This document shows, piece by piece, positions 53,007-62,859 of a stretch of DNA of 62,859 bases. Both the position numbers and the translations under genes were made by a program. The stretch covers positions 1 through 62,859 of the forward strand of contig NW_021834711.1 of the NCBI RefSeq assembly GCF_006345805.1, read 5' to 3'. The stretch comes from Octopus sinensis (lineage: Eukaryota). How positions within the stretch are numbered: the first letter of the stretch is position 1; each line of letters opens with the position of its first letter. The notes under the pieces are model-generated. The model was not told where the DNA came from, ran no database searches, and was given only the letters and a program-made list of their open reading frames with translations.

Positions 53007-54181
53007 TGTTACGGTTGGCTAAGTGCATTTCGGGTTTAATTAGTGTAGTGTTTCTGGTGACCCACATAGGAATAATGGTTCCAGTATGTCTGGTGAAAAG
53101 TGACGGGTCCTCTGTCTAATGGAGGACTAATGGGTTTTGGAATGACCTGTGACCTTGTGCGGGTGAATTAGGGGTCGCTCTGGGCACCCCTTGAATATGT
53201 CGTGAGAGAGGATGAGGGGGCAGAGAAGGACAGGCAGAGAGTTTGGTAGAGCTGTCATGAGAGAGATAGAGTATAAGACTAAGGGACAGATAGAGAGGCT
53301 AAGGGACAGTAGGCGATATAGATAGAGTAAGGAATCAGATAGCAAATAGAAAGACTGTAAGTGGTAGATTAGAGGGAGATGAGTTAGTGGAAGAAGGACA
53401 GAGACGAAGTGAGGTCTGGGCAGTCGTTGAGCGGTCGTCGAGGAACACAGACGGATCTTGCGGTCGGTTGAGCGGTCGTGGAAGAACACAGACGGATCTT
53501 GGACAGATCAGCAGGGATCTTTGGATTTCAGGAGCAGGCGATTGGAATATGCAGAAGGGATATGTACAGAAGGATTTAGCAGTATTCAGAGGAATTGGCA
53601 GGATTGAGAGGAATGGGACACTGGCAGATTCAATTAGGAAGTGAGGTATGTGTTTGTGCATTGATATGTGTCACGGTGTAAAGAACAGTCAAGGACTCTG
53701 TCGATGTGGTCGATAAAGGACATTGTGAATTGAGTAAAGGACTTGTTGAATTGTAACGTGAATTGTTGTGATACGAACATTGTATAATGTATCGAAGTGT
53801 TCTGATTGGACTGTGACGTATCGTGAACATTATTTGATCTGGACTTTGTGTTGTCGTTACTGAACACTGTTATATTGTTACATGCATGTGTTAAATGCTT
53901 GATCTGTTGTATGATGTATTGATTTGTTGTTGCCTTAAATGCTTTGATGTTATTGTAAATTGTAATTGTCGTATAAACTGTTGTTTGAATATAAGCCAGT
54001 GTTGCCAGTTGTTGCCTTGCCTCTTTGGGTTGTATCTCGGGTGTGCCTCTGTATCTCTGTGCTGTTGAGGGTGTGGCAGTATATCTGTATCTCCTCTCTC
54101 CGCCTCTTTGGGTTCCGTGGCGGAACTTGTGTGAGCCGTTCGGGGCGAGCGACGACGGGCATTCCAGTCCGTTCCGTGACA
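53007..54181 (+). repeat. LTR 1
   Basis: TG...CA termini with an 8-bp imperfect inverted repeat; internal ~40-bp tandem duplication at ~53424-53502. Confidence 0.93.
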
Positions 54182-54183
54182 AC

Positions 54184-54201
54184 TGGTGTCAGAAGTGGGA
54201 T
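54184..54201 (+). promoter_or_regulatory. Primer-binding site complementary to the tRNA-Leu 3' end (repeated at 57379)
   Basis: TGGTGTCAGAAGTGGGAT lies 2 nt after the LTR and is complementary to ...ATCCCACTTCTGACACCA. Confidence 0.85.
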
Positions 54202-55824
54202 TGTCCTGATTGCTGCGTTTCGATCGGTTCTTTTTCGCTATGGATTTGTCTGGTTGTCAGACCGGAGACGAGGAGATTTCGCTGCTCTGATTGTGGAGAT
54301 GTTAAGGGGCCAGATGGCGCAGACGGACGCGTTCGTGGAGAGAATGGACAGGAGGCGACAGGGCCTGTGGGCAGATCAGCGGGAGCTTGAGGTTGCGGAT
54401 GGGTCAGCTTTGAAGGATCGGTGTTGGACCGAGGATAGCGACGGTCCTGTGGGCAGAGATTGCCCGTCGAACGAAGCATCGAGGGAAACAGATAGTGAAG
54501 GAAGTGTTGCCGAATCTGTGATGCTGGACCGGCTGTGTGTTGCGGAACCTGGGCTGGTTGCCGAAATTTGTGGACGCTGTACCCAAGAAATCTTGTGATT
54601 TGGAACCCGTAGAGGTTGAAGTAACCAAAAGGCCTGTGGAAGGTGTTATGGCTGATGCTGTTGTTCCGTGTCTGGAGCCCTTGGCATCTCGACCCCTGTC
54701 TCTCGGAGCTCAGGACGAAGAGCTGGCGAGGTCTGGGGCGAATGTCGCTGAGTCCGAGGTTCCGGCTCTGTGTGTGATGGTCGCGGCAGGTGCTATGCCG
54801 TGTGCGAGTCCTTGGTGTCTGGACCCTGTCTCTTGGGGCCCAGAGGGACTGTATGGTTCCCACTGTGGAGAGGCCACAGGCGTGGATGGACTGGCGGCCG
54901 GGCGTGTGTGTTGTGAGGCCTGCGGGACGGAAGCTGGTGAGGAAAAGGACCAGGCCCGTTGACGAGGCGAGACGGCTGCGAACGGTGGTGGGTCCACCGA
55001 GACCAGGAAGACTGCTTCAGCGTTGGGTGAGCTTTGTGGTTGATGGCTGCTTGGGGCCGGTGAGCCCGACAGGCAGTGCATAGTAAAAGCTCAGTTGAGG
55101 GTCGGGTGGACCCTAGTAGAGGCAGAAGCTGGCGGAGCGCTGGCTGTCGGCCGATCTTTTGGAAGTGGCACAGGCGATTTGTAGAAGGCAAATCGAGGAA
55201 TCGTGCCAGATGGCGAGCCAGTGGTGGGGCCAGTTCTGCCGATACGGCAACGCAGTTGAAGGAGATGGTGGCCCACTGATGCAGTTGAGGGAGCGGTCCG
55301 CAAGGAGTCGCTGGTGCTTGATTGGCACTTGGGGGAGCTCTGTATTCGATGGTTGCGTGGGGCTAGTGGAGCCCGACAGGCAGTGCAGAGCAAGAGCTCA
55401 ATTGAGGGTCGGCTGGACCCTGGTGGAGGCAGAAGCTGACAGAGCGCTGGTTGGGTCGGCCGAGTTATTGAAGGCTGCGCAGGCGATTTGCAGAGGGCGA
55501 ATCGTGGAACTGCGCCGGACGGTGGACCAGCAGCAGGGCCAGTTCTGCCAATACAGTGATGCAGTCAGAGATGGTGGTCTACCTGTGCAGTTGCGGAGGC
55601 GGTCCGTAGGGAGTCGCCGGTGCTTGGTTGGCACTCGGGTGTTGGTGAAAAGCGCAGGACGTTGGTCGCGAGGGTTGTTGGATGCTGGTCGCACGGACCT
55701 GGCAGAACGTTTCGTCGACCAGGGCGGTTGTCGCTTGAGGAAGCAGCAAGGCCGGAGGAAGGCCCCAGTACAGCAGCGCAAGAGGAGATATCGGCGACAG
55801 GGAGCAGTGAAAGGACAGAATGGT

Positions 55825-56035
55825 CCGTGGTCGTCAGCGATAATTGCGCGGAATGGGGATGGTACAGCAAGGTGCTACGTGGGCTATAGAGCCCTGAGGA
55901 AGGTGGCCACTGTGAAGGATTGGCCGGACCCTGCCTGTGGAAGGGATTTGAGGAACTTCCTCGGACGGTGCGTCTATTGTGGGCGGCTAGTAGGAAGCCT
56001 GGCGGCGTTGGCGGAGGTGTTACCCAAGCCGCAGA
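55825..56035 (+). pseudogene. Gypsy RT remnant with the catalytic core deleted
   Basis: PWSSAIIARNGDGTARCYVGYRALRKVAT is fused directly to VKDWPDP...DLRNFLGRCVYCGRLV. These resemble SPWSSP...DGS.RFCVDYRKLN and VKDWP.P....LRSFLGL..YYRRF. Confidence 0.75.
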
Positions 56036-56188
56036 GGGAAGGTGCCAACCTGTGGCTGGTGCTGAAGTGGTGGCCGTGGGAGGTGAGACCCCCGGAGGAG
56101 AAACCACCCAAGGGGACCCCCAGCCCCTGGAGAGTCTGCTGCTCGGAGGTGCGAGTTTTGTTATGCTTTGTCGGGTCGACAAAAGCTT

Positions 56189-56201
56189 AGGAAGGGGGTA
56201 G
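56189..56201 (+). promoter_or_regulatory. Polypurine tract (also at ~59397-59414)
   Basis: AGGAAGGGGGTAG immediately precedes LTR 2. Confidence 0.8.
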
Positions 56202-57376
56202 TGTTACGGTTGGCTAAGTGCATTTCGGGTTTAATTAGTGTAGTGTTTCTGGTGACCCACATAGGAATAAAGGTTCCAGTATGTCTGGTGAAAAGTGACG
56301 GGTCCTTTATCTAATGGAGGACTAATGGGTTTTGGAATGACCTGTGACCTTGTGCGGGTGAATTAGGGGTCGCTCTGGGCACCCTTTGAATATGTCGTGA
56401 GAGAGGATGAGGGGGCAGAGAAGGACAGGCAGAGAGTTTGGTAGAGCTGTCATGAGAGAGATAGAGTATAAGACTAAGGGACAGATAGAGAGGCTAAGGG
56501 ACAGTAGGCGATATAGATAGAGTAAGGAATCAGATAGCAAATAGAAAGACTATAAGTGGTTAGATTAGAGGGAGATGAGGTAGTGGAAGAAGGACAGAGA
56601 CGAAGTGAGGTCTGGGCAGTCGTTGAGCGGTCGTCGAGGAACACAGACGGATCTTGGCGGTCGGTTGAGCGGTCGTGGAAGAACACAGACGGATTTTGGA
56701 CAGATCAGCAGGGATCTTTGGATTTCAGGAGCAGGCGTTGGAATATGCAGAAGGATATGTACAGAAGGATTTAGCAGTATTCAGAGGAATTGGCAGGATT
56801 GAGAGGAATGGGACACTGGCAGATTCAATTAGGAGTGAGGTATGTGTTTGTGCATTGATATGTGTCACGGTGTAAAGAACAGTCAGGACTCTGTCGATGT
56901 GGTCGATAAAGGACATTGTGAATTGAGTAAAGGACTTGTTGAATTGTAACGTGAATTGTTGTGATACGAACATTGTATAATGTATCGAAGTGTTCTGATT
57001 GGACTGTGACGTATCGTGAACATTATTTGATTGGACTTGTTGTGTGTCGTTACTGAACACTGTTATATTGTTACATGCATGTTGTCAAATGCTTTGATCT
57101 GTTGTATGATGTATTGATTGTTGTTTGCCTTAAATGCTTGATATTGTAACAATTGTATTGTCGTATAAACTGTTGTTTGAATATAAGCCAGTGTTGCCAG
57201 TTGTTGCCTTGCCTCTTTGGGTTGTATCTCGGGTTGTGCCTCTGTATCTCTGTGCTGTTGAGGGTGTGGCAGTATCTATCTGTATCTCCTCTCTCCGCCT
57301 CTTTGGGTTCCGTGGCGGAACTTGTGTGAGCCGTTCGGGGCGAGCGACGACGGGCATTCCAGTCCGTTCCGTGACA
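56202..57376 (+). repeat. LTR 2 (shared)
   Basis: Near-identical to LTR 1; preceded by a PPT and followed by a PBS. Confidence 0.93.
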
Positions 57377-59414
57377 ACTGGTGTCAGAAGTGGGATTGTC
57401 CTGATTGCTGCGTTTCGATCGGTTCTTTTTCGCTATGGATTTGTCTGGTTGTCAGACCGGAGACGAGGAGATTTCGCTTGCTCTGATTGTGGAGATGTTA
57501 AGGGGCCAGATGGCGCAGACGGACGCGTTCGTGGAGAGAATGGACAGGAGGGACAGGAGGCGACAGGGCCTGTGGGCAGATCAGCGGGAGCTTGAGGTTG
57601 CGGATGGGTCAGCTTTGAAGGATCGGTGTTGGACCGAGGATAGCGACGGTCCTGTGGCAGAGATTGCCCGTCGAACGAAGCATCGAGGGAAACAGATAGT
57701 GAAGGAAGTGTTGCCGAAATCTGTGATGCTGGACCGGCTGTGTTTGCGGAACCTGGGCTGGTTGCCGAATTTGTGACGCTGTACCCAAGAAATCTTGTGA
57801 TTTGGAACCGTAGAGGTTGAAGTAACCAAAAGGCCTGTGGAAGGTGTTATGGATGATGGTGTGTTCCGTGTCTGGAACCCTTGGCATCTCGACCCCTGTC
57901 TCTCGGAGCTCAGGACGAAGAGCTGGCGAGGTCTGGGGCGAATGTCGCTGAGTCCGAGGTTCCGGCTCTGTGTGTGATGGGGTCGCGGCAGGTGCTATGC
58001 CGTGTGCGAGTCCTTGGTGTCTGGACTCCTGTCTCTTGGGGCCAGAGAGGACTGTATGGTTCCCACTGTGGAGAGGCCACAGGCGTGGATGGACTGGCGG
58101 CCGGGCGTGTGTGTTGTGAGGCCTGCGGGACGGAAGCTGGTGAGGAAAAGGACCAGGCCCGTTGACGAGGCGAGACGGCTGCGAACGGTGGTGGGTCCAC
58201 CGAGACCAGGAAGACTGCTTCAGCGTTGGGTGAGCTTTGTGGTTGATGGCTGCTTGGGGCCGGTGGAGCCCGACAGGCAGTGCATAGTAAAAGCTCAGTT
58301 GAGGGTCGGGTGGACCCTAGTAGAGGCAGAAGCTGGCGGAGCGCTGGCTGGGTCGGCCGATCTTTTGGAAGTGGCACAGGCGATTTGTAGAAGGCAAATC
58401 GAGGAATCGTGCCAGATGGCGAGCCAGTGGTGGGGCCAGTTCTGCCGATACGGCAACGCAGTTGAAGGAGATGGTGGCCCACTGATGCAGTTGAGGGAGC
58501 GGTCCGCAAGGAGTCGCTGGTGCTTGATTGGCACTTGGGGGAGCTCTGTATTCGATGGTTGCGTGGGGCTAGTGGAGCCCGACAGGCAGTGCAGAGCAAG
58601 AGCTCAATTGGGGTCGGCTGGACCCTGGTGGAGGCAGAAGCTGACAGAGCGCTGGTTGGGTCGGCCCCGAGTATTATTGAAGGCTGCGCAGGCGATTTGC
58701 AGGGGCGAATCGTGGAACTGCGCCGGACGGTGGACCAGCAGCAGGGCCAGTTCTGCCAATACAGTGATGCAGTCAGAGATGGTGGTCTACTGTGCAGTTG
58801 CGGAGGCGGTCCGTAGGGAGTCGCCGGTGCTTGGTTGGCACTCGGGTGTTGGTTTGAAAAGCGCAGGACGTTGGTCGCGAGGGTTGTTGGATGCTGGTCG
58901 CACGGACCTGGCAGAACGTTTCGTCGACCAGGGCGGTTGTCGCTTGAGGAAGAGCAGCGAGGCCGGAGGAAGGCCCCAGTACAGCAGCGCAAGAGGAGAT
59001 ATCGGCGACAGGGAGCAGTGAAAGGACAGAATGGTCCGTGGTCGTCAGCGATAATTGCGCGGAATGGGGATGGTACAGCAAGGTGCTACGTGGGCTATAG
59101 AGCCCTGAGGAAGGTGGCCACTGTGAAGGATTGGCCGGACCCTGCCTGTGGAAGGGATTTGAGGAACTTCCTCGGTGTGCGTCTATTGTGGGCGGCTAGT
59201 AGGAAGCCTGGCGGCGTTGGCGGAGGTGTTACCCAAGCCGCAGAGGGAAGGTGCCAACCTGTGGCTGGTGCTGAAGTGGTGGCCGTGGGAGGTGAGACCC
59301 CCGGAGGAGAAACCACCCAAGGGGACCCCCAGCCCTGGAGAGTCTGCTGCTCGGAGGTGCGAGTTTTGTTATGCTTTGTCGGGTCGACAAAAGCTTAGGT
59401 AGGGGGGGGGGTAG

Positions 59415-60576
59415 TGTTACGGTTGGCTAAGTGCATTTCGGGTTTAATTAGTGTAGTGTTTTGGTGACCCACATAGGAATAAAGGTTCCAGTATGTTGGT
59501 GAAAAGTGACGGGTCCTTTATCTAATGGAGGACTAATGGGTTTTGGATGACCTGTGACCTTGTGCGGGTGAATTAGGGGTCGCTCTGGGCACCCCTTGAT
59601 ATGTCGTGAGAGAGGATGAGGGGGCAGAGAGGACAGGCAGAGAGTTGGTAGTAGAGCTGTCATGAGAGAGATAGAGTATAAGATAAGGGACAGATAGAGA
59701 GGCTAAGGGACAGTAGGCGATATAGATAGAGTAAGGAATCAGATAGCAAATAGAAAGACTATAAGTGGTAGATCAGAGGGAGATGAGTTAGTGGAAGAAG
59801 GACAGAGACGAAGTGAGGTCTGGGCAGTCGTTGAGCGGTCGTCGAGGAACACAGACGGATCTTGCGGTCGGTTGAGCGGTCGTGGAAGAACACAGACGGA
59901 TTTTGGACAGATCAGCAGGGATCTTTGGATTTCAGGAGCAGGCGTTGGAATATGCAGAAGGGATATGTACAGAAGGATTTAGCAGTATTCAGAGGAATTG
60001 GCAGGATTGAGAGGAATGGGACACTGGCAGATTTCATTAGGAAGTGAGGTATGTGTTTGTGCATTGATATGTGTCACGTTGTAAAGAACAGTCAAGGACT
60101 CTGTCGATGTGGTCGATAAAGGACATTGTGAATTGAGTAAGGACTTGAATTGTAACGTGAATTGTTGTGTACGAACATGTATGTATCGAAGTGTTCTGAT
60201 TGGACTGTGACGTATCGTGAACATTATTTGATCTGGACGTTGTGTCGTTACTGAACACTGTTATATTGTTACATGCATGTTGTTAAATGCTTTGATCTGT
60301 TGTATGATGTATTGATTTGTTGTTTGCCTTAAATGCTTTGATGTTGTAACAATTGTAATTGTCGTATAAACTGTTGTTTGAATATAAGCCAGTGTTGCCA
60401 GTTGTTGCCTTGCCTCTTTGGGTTGTATCTCGGGTTGTGCCTCGTATCTCTGTGCTTTGAGGCGTGCGGCAGTATCTATCTGTATCTCCTCTCTCCGCGT
60501 CTTTGGGTTCCGTGGCGGAACTTGTGTGAGCCGTTCGGGGCGAGCGACGACGGGCATTCCAGTCCGTTCCGTGACA
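59415..60576 (+). repeat. LTR 3
   Basis: Near-identical to LTR 1; followed by AT-rich flank rather than a PBS. Confidence 0.93.
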
Positions 60577-60894
60577 ATATTATATTAAATTAGAGATAAA
60601 ACCACTATTAGGCTAATCAAACAGTGAAAATCATAAGCCAATGCATAGAAATAAAATTAATTAAAAAATATATAAAAATATAAAATATAAATATAAAAAT
60701 CCATTAAAATATTTAAATTAAAGTTAAATAAAAAAAAAAATTTTTAATTAAAATTTTTTTTTTAATTAAAAAAATTTTTAATTAAAAAAATTATATATAT
60801 ATATATATATTATATATAATTTTTAAATATTTTATTTTTTAAAGTTAAAAATTTTAATAATATATAGATAGATAGATAGATAAGATGAGAGATG

Positions 60895-60925
<31 letters not shown>

Positions 60926-60932
60926 TAGATAG

Positions 60933-60971
<39 letters not shown>

Positions 60972-61085
60972 TGAGAGGAGAGAGAGAGAGAGAGAGGAGA
61001 GAGAGGAAGAGAGAGAGATAGAAATAAATATAATTACAGACATCCATATATCTATTAAAATCTGTGATTGCTACAATTGCTTGCC

Positions 61086-61233
61086 ACCGCCGAGGTCGAC
61101 TTTGCCTTTCGTCCTTTCGGGGTCGATTAAATAAGTACCAGTTACGCACTGGGGTTGGTGTAATCGACTTAATCCCTTTGTCTGTCCTTGTTTGTCCCCT
61201 CTGTGTTTAGCCCCTTGTGGGCAGTAAAGAAAT
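61086..61233 (+). mobile_element. SINE family B, 5'-truncated, tail type 1
   Basis: ccgccgaggtcgactttgcc...tgtgtttagccccttgtgggcagtaaagaaat. Confidence 0.85.
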
Positions 61234-61656
61234 ATATTTATACCGAGAAACAAACATTTATATGATGCATAAAGTATACGCAAACATACACACATATACA
61301 TGCATACGTATGTATATAGGTATATATATATATATATATATATATATGGTGTATGTGTGTACACACACGCACTCACACACGCATAAACACATTTTATGTA
61401 TGTATGTATGTATGTATGTATGTATGTATGTGTGTATTATGTATGTATGTGTGTATGTATGTACGTATGTATGTATGCATGTATGTATGTGTGTATGTAT
61501 GTATGTATGTATGTATGTATGTATGTATGTATGTATGTGGCTGCATACACTAGAATGTGTGCGTGTGTATTTTTGCTTATTCGCAATGGCCGAGTACTGG
61601 TACTGTAGGCATTGTGACCGGGCGTTCACCTATCAACATTCAGAGCATCTAGTTAC

Positions 61657-62239
61657 ACGAGGGAGTACCCAAACTAACCGGAACTTTGCAACATTATGTT
61701 AGTCACTTCTTTTTACTTGTAGACTTTTACCCCATTCAACATATTCTCCATCTGAAGCAATGCATCGGTCCAGACGCGTTTTCCACTGTTCGAACCAGTC
61801 CTGGAACTTTTGCGAAGTGATGACTTTCAGCGACTCCATCTTTTTATTTCTTCATCTCTTCTTCCACATTTGCAAAACCTTTTTCTTTTAAGGATTTTTT
61901 TTATTCGAGGGAACAAAAAAAAAAGAATAAAGTTCGCAAGGAGCAAGATCGTGTGTATAGGGAATTAAGCGAAGCTATGTCATTTTTGGTCTAAAACTGT
62001 CTCACAAAGACGGTGTGCGCAGGCACATTGTCATGAAGAAACTACTATTATCAACGAACAGGGGAGAAGTACTGCAAAACAAAGACGCACCACGTGGCAG
62101 TACGACTCCACCTGACGACACCAGTCGGCAGACTGATGCCTGAGGGTCGCATCAAGTGGCTTCTAGCGGTGGCAGCCTGAACTACAATGCAATTGTCTAA
62201 CAGAGAACGTTTCCTGTTACTTTTGGATACTCCTTCGTA
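61657..62239 (-). mobile_element. Internally deleted mariner element (same family as 52163-52988)
   Basis: 62050-62230 is the reverse complement of 52170-52345; both ends are CGAGGG..TA.CCAAA-type TIRs. Confidence 0.8.
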
Positions 62240-62574
62240 TATATCAGTTCTGTTCACATAGTCTACATAAAGCCATAGCTTCTTAATTCCAGTAACCTGA
62301 AAATATAGGTAAACGATATTTGATGAGTATTGAAATAAATATGAAACTATGAAGTAATATTTATCCCCACTTAAACGTAGATATTCTGTTGGAACAAACT
62401 ATACTGTGGTAATTACCACCAGAGAACCTCTCATATTGGCCCGCTTTTTGGTGCAAAATGCGTTCTTGTTTATATAATCCTCGCCACCTCCAGCACCGAC
62501 ATCACCAGATCATATGAGTTTGACCTTCCTTGTTTTTTTGTCTTTTGTCAATGAAGGACACTCGACCGCTAGGA

Positions 62575-62859
62575 ACACTCCGTCGGTTACGACGACGAGG
62601 GTCCCAGCAGATTTGATCACAGAACAGTCTGCTCGTGAAGTTAACGTGCAAGTGGTTGAGAATTCCACTAGACACGTGTAACCTTAAAAGTATTCTCATG
62701 GAGATTCTGTGCGACACAGAGTGTGACAAGGTTGACCTTTTCAAATACAGGTATTAGCATTTTTGCCAGCTGAGTGAACTGGAGCAACGTGAAAATAATT
62801 GTTTTGCTCAAGGACACATCGCGTGGCCAGGAATTGAACTCACTTCCTTACGATCGTGA
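62575..62859 (-). mobile_element. tRNA-derived SINE family C (runs off the window end)
   Basis: The - strand has B-box GAGTTCAATTCC followed by tgtgtccttgagcaaaaca...ttgctccagttcactcagctggc. Confidence 0.7.

Larger units (their letters stand above)
53007..60576 (+). mobile_element. Non-autonomous Gypsy-derived LTR retrotransposon in tandem (LTR-int-LTR-int-LTR)
   Basis: Three ~1.17-kb LTRs (TGTTACGG...CCGTGACA), two ~2.0-kb internal regions each with PBS and PPT, and ATAT on both flanks. Confidence 0.93.

Noticed and set aside
53966-59402. Numerous overlapping 100-360-aa ORFs on both strands as novel genes
   Set aside because: This is GC-rich LTR-element interior; frames differ between the two near-identical units, and only degenerate pol motifs are recognisable.
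52163-62239. Composite transposon formed by inverted mariner copies around the LTR array
   Set aside because: The two copies are old and differently deleted, each with its own ends; chance proximity of an abundant family is sufficient.

Overview
AT-rich eukaryotic non-coding DNA. The SINE families and the extreme (AT)n/(AC)n/(AAT)n/(ATC)n/(AAG)n/(GATA)n load suggest an octopus or other coleoid cephalopod (inference). I could not support any host protein-coding exon; nearly all ORFs in the track are microsatellite translations or transposon remnants. The window is a nested set of mobile elements: a near full-length Tx1/L1-type LINE inside an (ATCT)n tract (14.1-19.9 kb); a tandem LTR-internal-LTR-internal-LTR non-autonomous Gypsy derivative (53.0-60.6 kb); a Penelope-like (GIY-YIG) 3' remnant; CR1 and R4/Dong-like LINE remnants; several Tc1/mariner fossils; and at least three tRNA-derived SINE families. 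The most interesting signal is a set of small non-coding elements carrying minimal type-I hammerhead ribozyme motifs. These include a 404-bp retrozyme-like unit with an intact core (41.1-41.6 kb) and a tRNA-headed, hammerhead-tailed SINE-like element inserted as a Penelope-style inverted repeat with an 11-bp TSD (42.4-43.2 kb). Two SINE families also share 3' tails with LINEs in the same window (SINE-A with CR1, SINE-B with Tx1). Element boundaries are read by eye and are approximate unless a TSD or terminal motif is quoted.
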